A stretch of DNA of 59,830 nucleotides, filler included, from Squatina squatina (taxonomy: Eukaryota), in NCBI GenBank assembly GCA_031763465.1. It is 3 parts of 2 records of this genome, joined end to end, with 100 filler letters (N's around TTAATTAATTAA, not from the genome) between each part and the next. Parts side by side here need not be neighbours in the genome. Positions count along the whole stretch, not along the records: positions 39,038 to 59,830 come from JARFOE010000016.1; 2 more parts are not named here. One strand, written 5' to 3'. This document shows, piece by piece, positions 51,385-59,830 of the stretch; position 1 is the stretch's first letter; the number at the start of each line of letters is the position of its first letter. Below the pieces are notes generated by a model that had not been told where the DNA came from, ran no database searches, and worked only from the letters and a program-made list of their open reading frames with translations. The position numbers and the translations under genes are program-made.

Positions 51385-51690
51385 AAAATACTGTGGATGC
51401 TGGAATGTAGAATACAAACAAAAATGCTGGAAAAACTCAGCAGGTCAGGCAGCATCTGTGGAGAGAAAAACAGAGTCAATGTTTCGGGTCGATGACNNNN
51501 NNNNNNNNNNNNNNNNNNNNNNNNNNNNNNNNNNNNNNNNNNNNNNNNNNNNNNNNNNNNNNNNNNNNNNNNNNNNNNNNNNNNNNNNNNNNNNNNATGC
51601 TGGAAAAACTCAGCAGGTCAGGCAGCATCTGTGGAGAGAAAAACAGAGTCAATGTTTCAGGTCGATGACCCTTTGTCAGAACCCTGATAC
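51385..51690 (-). mobile_element. Penelope-like element terminal repeat, duplicated across a gap
   Basis: aaatgctggaaaaactcagcaggtcaggcagcatctgtggagagaaaaacagagtcaatgtttc..ggtcgatgac, a shark repeat recalled as Penelope-associated. Occurs at 51424-51496 and 51597-51669. Confidence 0.65.
51644..51686 (-). ncRNA. Minimal type-I hammerhead ribozyme motif, decayed
   Basis: The minus strand reads CAGGGUU-CUGACAAA-GGGUC-AUC-GACCU-GAAA-CA-UU-GACUCUG: 7-bp stem I, stem II hairpin, GAAA core, no helix III. The core is CUGACAA instead of CUGACGA. Confidence 0.55.
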
Positions 51691-51916
51691 TGTTCACCTA
51701 CACACCAACAGACACTGTGCTCCAAAAGTAATTAATTGTGGAAGTGCTTTGAGATGTTCCAACATGATCAAGCATGCTATAAATGCAAGTATTATTAATC
51801 ATAGCATAAATTAATTGCAGGATTGACTTTATCTTTATACCATTGCTTCAAATTACTTAGTTGAAAATAGTCTAACTGAAATGTGTGATTTTACAAATAA
51901 TACTGTTTGCAGTTAG

Positions 51917-54784
51917 ACTTATCAATGTATAAAAGATTCTTTATGGAACACGAGCGTCTCTTTGCCAGCAGAGAAACCAGAAATTGCTACAAATTCCAGC
52001 ATAAATTATATAAACATTGAGAATACAGGTACTTTATTAGGGAGGCCGCAACAAGGCAATGCCAATGGAGAACTACATGGTCGATGTAAGTCATGAGCTT
52101 TATTCAAACGAATATTTGAAAATAATTTCAATATTATGATGAGATCTGTATGAGGGTTGGTGTATCAATTGTAACATACACACAATGTGCATTATAGTTC
52201 CATTTCAGTATGATAGATCATTGTCTCCTGAATTACCACCAAAGAAACAAGGAAGTAAACACATAATTGTACATTGGTCGATGTGAATGCTGACATGGAA
52301 TCACTGCAAAAGGTGCAGCTACAATGCTTCTGTACTTTTCATTTTTTTTTCTTTCTGATTAAGTAAATCTGCCATGAACAAGCATTGGAGGTTTTATCCT
52401 TCCAGCATATGTGAGGCCATTTTTGGGAGCACTATAGTACATTGATGTCAGTATGCTTCCACTTCATTTGAACCTAACCCGCCCGTCGGGAAACTGACGT
52501 GATCAGGTGGAATGGCGGTTTTACATCCCGCCCAATATTACTCTCCATTGCCTTCAATACTTGAAACCCCCACGGTCTCTTGTATTCCAATATTAGCACC
52601 AATAATCCATGTCCCAGCACTTGTCTAACTATAGAATTGATTTGATTTTTAGCATCTCTGTATCGAGCGATTCCTCCTTTTCAGTAAGAAAACTGTGTCC
52701 ATTAGCTCCACCTTCCGTTGTTTTTGTGATGGTCGTGTAGTTTAATGTCTTTCCCACCTCCCAATCTGTAACATACCTTCTATTCTGGTACTCCCAGTAC
52801 AGCTCATTTGTATGCTTAGTGCATTAGTATAGTTGCTCTTCCCCCATTATACAACTTAGTTGTAGGAGTTCTACTATAGAAGCTCTCATTTCCATTGAGT
52901 TGACCCAAAGCACTTCTCTATAAATAAATTAGCATTCCTCTCTATCAAGGGAGTTGTTGCAGTCTTCCTTTATAATATAAGGTTCAACAACATTGTTTAT
53001 GGTCTGAGCTGCATTATACTGGGAAAAAAAAAGTTTTTTTTTAATGAGAATAATAGTCTTCAGTTTTAACATTTCCGTGTGAGCACTACGGCTGCATCTC
53101 CGCAGTGTGAGTGTAAGAGCATTACCTCCTGCATTAGCACTTCAAAGAAACTCTGAAGCAGACCAATCTTTATTACATGTTAGGCAGTTGTGGTGCTTGA
53201 ATGTTTTTGACTAAACTACTCAATAAAGAAAACTCTTCAGTCATATGTGACCCAGATGGTCGTGGAGAATTTATATAATCTGCTGCTTTCATTTATTATT
53301 TGTAGTTAACATTTTTGAGACGTGTCTTAAGTGAATATAAAACATAAATGTTCGAGACTGTTCAGAAATCCCTGTAATAAAAGCTTTGCAGAAAGGCTTA
53401 TTTCATCCTCCAGCAGTAGTTGAATAGATTTAGTCAGTTTTTAAAAAAATGTCATTGATTTTAATTGGATGTAGCCCATGTGTCCAAACAAATTAAAGTT
53501 ATGAAAAGCACTGAAGTTAATTGTGTAACAGTGAAATAATTCTGACGTGTTCTTCTCCAGACAGTGTTATTTCCTTAAGTTAATTTTGTTATGTTTACCA
53601 TTTTTTTTAATGTGCTGTTTAATATTACTGTTAACCAACAAACCCCTACTGTGTAGCTATATTGAAAATGAACCTGAAGCAGAGAAAGTGAGAGCTGTTC
53701 AATTTCTTATGATTAATGTACCTTTCTGCCAAAATTTAAACCCCTTACCATTTACACAATGACAACACAGTAAGCTGATTTTATTCCCTGGATTTTATCC
53801 ACTAACTCCGCATTAAAGATAAGACTGCAACAGTGAATAGCTTTCAGACTAAACAAAGGTTGTTTTCATAAAAAGGTCAGAGCTGAGGTCTTGTCATTGT
53901 GATAACAGGAAGAGGAAATGACATATTAACTGCAGTATCCATCTTGGTGGTCCTTGCCACTGAAGTTGGCAAGTCCTAGTCTATCAGTTCATGTTACAGT
54001 AAACAAAATGATACAGGAGTGAGTAAATCAATTCTAATTAATAAGAACAAATCAAATAGCGAGAACTGCACAAATTGAATTATTTTATAATTCTAACCAA
54101 AAGTCTTACGTGGAGAAATTATTGCTTTTTTAAGATTTTAACATTATTGGAGTGGCACATGATTAACCTATTTTTATATCATTACAGCATATTCTCTGGG
54201 CAGTTTATGTGTGTCCCTTAATCTAACGCAGAGCTTTTTGTACTGCAGTCCAGGGATGCTACAGATCTACAAGGCCATCAGATTTTTTTTTTGTCAGGGG
54301 CTGAACATAATGTGCACTGTGAACACAGTCGCACGAATTCTGTATTCCATCATTCTCTGTATATGTTAAATTACTCGGGCATTATTCCTGCCGCTGAATA
54401 CAAATGAAAAATATCTTCTGCAATGCTTTTCTTTGGGTGATTTTAAGACCAGCAGTTCTAGGAGCGAGTCACTATTTGCAAGTGGGTCCCTGCGTAAACG
54501 TTGGAAAACCACTGACCAGCAAGCACCTGTACCTGCTGCTGTTTCCACTAGTTATGCTTTGATGCTTGGTTCCTTGAAATGCATTTGTTTTTAATAATTT
54601 ACGAGCAACGGTGTCTTGGATGCATTTTTGAATCACCTGATAATTAGGTGATGCAAATGAACCAAATCTGAAACATTTTGTGAATTTTTTAACAATTATG
54701 ATCTATCTCTCGGATGATTTTGGGAATCCTCCTCTTCTCATTTTTTTTTGTAGGTCATTTCCTGCCTCCTGTTCCTCAAATCAG
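51917..54784 (+). CDS. Candidate exon chain of an unidentified gene (51917-52085, 52198-52254, 53657-53687, 54754-54784)
   Basis: AG/GT-bounded, phase-compatible and stop-free when joined, all on one ungapped contig. Only some splice sites are strong, and no homolog is recognised. Confidence 0.3.
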
Positions 54785-55054
54785 GTGAGCGCTGAGGCAA
54801 AGCCTGCTCCATAACTGCTGCCAATTCCACCTGAAAGCTGTCAGCAGAAGAGATTAGGTAATATCAGTTTGCTGGACCTCAATAGCTGGAACATCTCTTT
54901 AAATCTAGTTACCTGGCCACAAACTTACAAGTTACAAGCCTGTCCAATTGAAGAAAAGTGACCTGAAATAGCAAGTGGGAGTCAGGTGCTCCATTTCTTG
55001 AGTTACCAGCTTAGATCAGGCAGAGATTATTTATAGATCTCCACTTGGAATCAG

Positions 55055-55400
55055 AAACCTCTCAAAGTGCGTCACATATGATGAATTTCTTTGAACCGCA
55101 GTCACTGTTCTTAAATGGGCAAATAGCAGCCGTTTCGCACTCAGCAAGATCCCACAAACAGCAAAGAGATGTTTGATCCATTAAGCTGTTTTTAGTGGTG
55201 TTGGTTCAGGGAGGGAATGTTGGCCCAAGACAACCCCCTCTCTTTTTCAAATAGTGGTATGGGATCCAGCACAGACTCGATGGGCCGATGGCCTCCTTCT
55301 GTGCTGTCCCATTCTATGATTATATCATCTTTAACGTCCAACTGGAAGAAAGAAAGAAAAACTTGCATTTATATAGCGCCTTTCACGACCTCAGGACTGA
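55055..55400 (-). mobile_element. Deu-domain SINE fragments with an intervening CR1 tail
   Basis: cagcaagatcccacaaacagca..ttggttcagggagggaatgttggcc..aaatagtggtatgggatc (Deu core, antisense) and tail aacttgcatttatatagcgcctttcacgacctcaggac. A + strand CR1 3'UTR sits at 55267-55320. Confidence 0.75.
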
Positions 55401-55682
55401 TGAGCAAAACTAGGGGCCATCACTACAAGGTAGTCATCAAGAAATCCAATAGGGGATTCGGAAGAAACCTCTTTACCCAGAGAGTGGTGAGAATGCGGTT
55501 GAGGTGAATAGTATCGATGCATTTAAGGGGAGGCTAGACAAGCATATGAGGGAGAAGGGAATAGAGGGTTATACTGATAGATTTAGATGTGGAAAGATGT
55601 GAGGAGGTTCGAGTAGAGCATAAATGCCAGCATGGACTGGCTGGGCCGAAAGGCCTGTTTCTGTGTTGAATATCCAATGTAA
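55400..55682 (+). mobile_element. CR1 LINE 3' end
   Basis: KTRGHHYK..RNLFTQRVVRM.. followed by 3'UTR ggctgggccgaaaggcctgtttctgtg. Confidence 0.85.
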
Positions 55683-56074
55683 AACTTGCATTTATATGGC
55701 ACGTTCAATGTATAAAAATATCCCAGAAGAAAAAATAACATTAAATGATGACTTTTACAACAGTGTAGAAAATCATGTTTTAAACCAATGCACAGAAATG
55801 CTTTATCTACACGATAAACATTATTCTGTAAGTCAGTTGTGATGTCGAGGATAGCAAATGGAGGGATCTCTGTGAATTATGAGACAAAATTCAATCCAGG
55901 TAGGGGTGACAGTTGTCAGATCACATTCTAAATCATAGAAGCAAAGTGTGTGCAGTTTTATTGAACATCTTTGATTGGATTATTGTCTTAAATTCAGAGA
56001 CAGGCTTCTGGTGTTAATGGTGTATTGCACATAGAACTTTCTGTATCACAGCTTTTATATTTTATTGCATGACA

Positions 56075-56385
56075 CATTGCCTGACAGATCACTGATTTGC
56101 GGCGCAAAAGATTACAAATTACTGACTTGTGATGCAAGACCTCAAAGATTGCTGAAATGCCATGCAAAATGTGACACATTACTGATTTGTGAGGTAAAAC
56201 ATCATAGACTACTGATTTATGACATAAAACTCCACTGGCAACTGATTTGTGACCACAGATTCCTGATTTGTGATAAAAGACCTTACAGATTTCTGACATA
56301 GTGGGTCAAAATTTACTGATTTGTGATGTGAAACCGCACAGATTTCTGATTTGTGACTATAACCTGACAGATTACTGCTTATGAT
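56075..56385. repeat. Degenerate minisatellite, ~30 bp unit (cagattactgatttgtga..)
   Basis: About 10 copies of actgatttgtga at ~30-nt spacing. Confidence 0.8.
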
Positions 56386-56469
56386 GGAGGGTCTCACAGA
56401 GTAGCATTTGTGTAAAATTGCTAGAATTATTTTAGAACTACAAAAAAATTCACTATGCGGTAAATATTA

Positions 56470-57020
56470 TGGGAGTGGAAATTCGGGCGCATGCCAGAAG
56501 CCGGAGCCCCGAGGCTCACCCGAAATTGGGCCTCAGGCTCATCAGCATATTGTTGGTGAGCCGTGGTCACAAATCAGGCGTCCAGAGAAAGCTCGCCGGG
56601 TTGACGGGGATGAAGTAGGGCCGGCTGCCTCCCCGGTAGTGACCCTCAGGTAGATTCTGGGATGGAAAGGGTGTAATCGTGAGGGGACCAGCCACACACT
56701 TCGTGGCTGCTGTTGAGATGGCTCCACATTCAGGTAAGCACTTTTCAAAAAACTTTTTTGTGGCGGCTTCCTGCAGTCCCTTTATGAAATGCAGCTTAGG
56801 CCACATGTTGTCAGGGTTGCAGTGAACGCAGCAGACCCGGAGCTGGCTGCATTTAGAGGTGTTCAATTTTGTTAAAGGGGCCTGAGCTAGGCGTTTGGCC
56901 CTTATTTGCATATTCAAAGGACCCAATGGCTGTTTCAGGCATGTGCTCTGGTCGCCTATGCTGGAGCCATTTCCAATATCGCGGACAGCACTCTATATCC
57001 AGCATCAACTAATTTCTAGG
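56470..57020. mobile_element. GC-rich MITE-like repeat
   Basis: Begins gggagtggaaattcggg and ends aatttctagg, the same end style as 14777-15433 and 41650-41970. Confidence 0.4.
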
Positions 57021-58529
57021 TGATAATTTGTGAATTGCCCTCTTTTACATACATTTCGTAATCAGTAGNNNNNNNNNNNNNNNNNNNNNNNNNNNNNNNN
57101 NNNNNNNNNNNNNNNNNNNNNNNNNNNNNNNNNNNNNNNNNNNNNNNNNNNNNNNNNNNNNNNNNNNNAGGTACTTCCTGAGGGGAACTAAATGAGCACA
57201 TCCTGAGGTTCATTAAAGGCTCCATGCTCGATGAAGTTTCTGTGGATTGGCAATTGTTTATAAATCCACAGCTTGGAGAGAGGCCTGGTTATCAAAGTCA
57301 GAAAAAACAGTAAGAACTGGCCTGCTTTTTTTCATATTTTAGATAGTTTTGAACTGTGATGGACATGTTAGACACCAGATATTGTACATTATTTGAGAAT
57401 ATTTTTAAAAACCGTTGCTATTTAGCAATCAAGATTAAGCCCTTATTCTTGTCTGGGTGCATTCCTTTCTGTTTATGTAACTGAGTTACGGGAAAAAGCA
57501 AATTGGCGAATGTAAAATGTTGACCAGTATTAACAGATATACAATTTTATTTACTTCTGAAAACATGGTAAATACAAAGTTGTTCTGTGGTTCATTTAAT
57601 TTGAGTAAATGCTTTATGTACTGCTGTGCTTTCGAAATATGCAAAATAAATTGCGAAGATGTTCAGATTAGAAAATGTCTGTTTGGAAAATGTTGTGTAA
57701 ATCCCGTTCTCTAAAGGTCAATACACATGCCTAAAACTTTTGATGTAAATATATATTTTTCTTCTAAAGTAGAGTTCTTCACAAATCAGAGTGATTCTGT
57801 GCGTTCAGACAGAACGTGGCATACATTTAATTGGGATATTTTGGCATAGACGTTGGCAAATGGTGTAACTCAATAAAAAGCAGTGTGTGACCTGTAAATA
57901 AACAGGATGTTTTTTTTTAAAAGAAGTTTTTAAACTGCAGTGTCAAAAGTTTTGGAGATTTCTAACATGTAAGTCCATGAACTGGAGCCTCAAGTGGGTC
58001 TCATCAGCTTTCTCCTCTGCTCAGTGCCCGGAATTTAGCCCGAAAGGCCGTGCCCATTGCAGCATTCCCCTTTCCGCTAGCAGTGCTGTAAACTGAAGGC
58101 CGCCCCCACCCCTCCTGCACCATTGCTCACTCTGCACCATGAGACTGAAAAATAAGCAAAGCTGGGCCCCAATGGAAGGCTTTCAAAGTAAGTCGCCCTT
58201 CGCCGCATTAGCAGCCAGCCAACCTCTGCTCCCTCCCACAGACGCTAATGAGGTCATTGGAATGAATCCGAACGTGAACATTCTGGTCCAGCCTGAGACA
58301 ATGGCTGGAGAAGGAGAATAGAATTGGTTGAAAGGATATGGACTTTGTGGCAGGAGCCAAACACAATGGCTTTGTTCTTCCCAATATTTNNNNNNNNNNN
58401 NNNNNNNNNNNNNNNNNNNNNNNNNNNNNNNNNNNNNNNNNNNNNNNNNNNNNNNNNNNNNNNNNNNNNNNNNNNNNNNNNNNNNNNNNCAAGGACAGGA
58501 TGATAGGCTAATGAATAAGAGACATAAAT

Positions 58530-58910
58530 AAAGCACTGTATTCACTAAAGCAGAGAAGCTTAAGGAGACCTACTGAAAGTTTTGAAAAGGTTTGCGAGGG
58601 TAAATAGTGCAAGATTATTTCCACTGGGTGTTAATAAATAACAAGTCAGTATAAATTTAGGATTCCTACTAAATTCAAGGGATAGATATATAGTTATAAT
58701 GTGGGATGCATTATGGCAAGTGACTATCAAAGCCAGATCGATCACAACATTTAAGAGGGTAGACAGATTTGCAATCCAAGAGGAGAAATATTGAAGGTAC
58801 AAGGAAAGAGCAGGGAAATGGGATTGGAGTAGCTAGTCCTGATGTGGAGTTAGCATCTGCACAGATATGATGGACTAAATGGTCTTGTCCTGGGCTGAAA
58901 GGTTATGATA
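58530..58910 (+). mobile_element. Decayed CR1 LINE 3' end
   Basis: FSL..RSLRRP..VLK..RVNSARLFPL remnant and 3'UTR gatggactaaatggtcttgtcctgggctg. Confidence 0.7.
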
Positions 58911-59830
58911 TTTATGACCTTAAACAAGAAATTTTAAAAAAGTCACTGCAATTAGCAACTGAAGGCCCTTTAACATTTTAGTTAGTATTAACGTTGTTTA
59001 GAAGTTTTGTGAATGATGTGGTCTGCTTTGAAAATACTTATCAAAAGAAAAAGTGAACCCATATGTTACAAGTCCAATCTCAGAAAAATGATATCGCAGG
59101 TTGTATTGCATAATGACATTGAATAACTGAAGTTACCTGACTGTAATACAATGCTTGCTATGCTGGCCTATTAGTCCCAAACAATGATTGCCCCATTGCA
59201 TTAACACAAAGGTACAGATGTCAAACACTGTATTGTTTCTTTATAATGTAGATTTTCATTTACTTCACTGTCCATACATGCTTGCAGTTTTTTATTTCAA
59301 AGTATTAAAACAATATAATTCAAATTATTTAAAGCTCCACATATAGTCGTAACTTTTATGATGTTTTTTGCTGTGTAACTCTCTTTTTACAGACTTACCA
59401 ACGCTGTTTTTATTGTGATAGAAATAAGAGCTGCTTTGAAATTGTGTTGAATGGCAGACTAATCAAAAATCAATAATTCCACTTGAAAAGACCCAATATG
59501 CTATGTTGCGGATTATGTAATTTGATAATATCAATCATAATTGAGTTACATGCAATCCATCTGACTTTCAGTACATTGGGGTCAGCAGGGGCCACAATGC
59601 CTCACTTCCCATCAATTACCACATATTAGGAGAGCTCTGGTTTCACAGAGCATTTTCACTGAAAGTCTGCCTCTATAAATAATATTAAGAGGCACAGCAG
59701 AGGCAATCAATAGAGTACAGTTCTACTGTCACCGCTTTAATGGCAGCTGTTATGCTTCACAGTTTGATCAATACTCAGTCTCCTCAGACACAGACTGAAA
59801 CCACAACATCCAAAGGCTGAGTAAATGACA

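Overview
This is vertebrate genomic DNA, most likely from a shark (cartilaginous fish), judged from CR1/HER1-type LINE tails, Deu-domain SINEs, RTE and Penelope relics. It comes from a heavily fragmented draft in which short contigs are joined mostly by arbitrary 100-N gaps. Two artificial N44-TTAATTAATTAA-N44 linkers (17054-17153, 38938-39037) split the window into three separate scaffolds. Scaffold 1 (1-17053) matches the human 10p12 block: a complete two-exon PTF1A, the last exon of MSRB2, two ARMC3 exons and exon 1 of PIP4K2A. Scaffold 2 (17154-38937) matches the human 16q24 block: five ZC3H18 exons, two CBFA2T3 (MTG16/ETO2) exons, the large 5' coding exon of ACSF3 and two CDH15 exons, plus several minisatellites. 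Scaffold 3 (39038-59830) is mostly repeats and non-coding DNA, with a chain of unassigned candidate exons. I see no prokaryotic system, CRISPR array or clearly new multigene system. The best leads are a decayed minimal hammerhead ribozyme in a Penelope-like repeat (51644-51686), an unidentified phase-compatible exon chain (51917-54784), a GGG..CCC MITE family, candidate PTF1 autoregulatory sites, and ZC3H18 inverted relative to human. Gene identities come from remembered protein sequences, not database searches.
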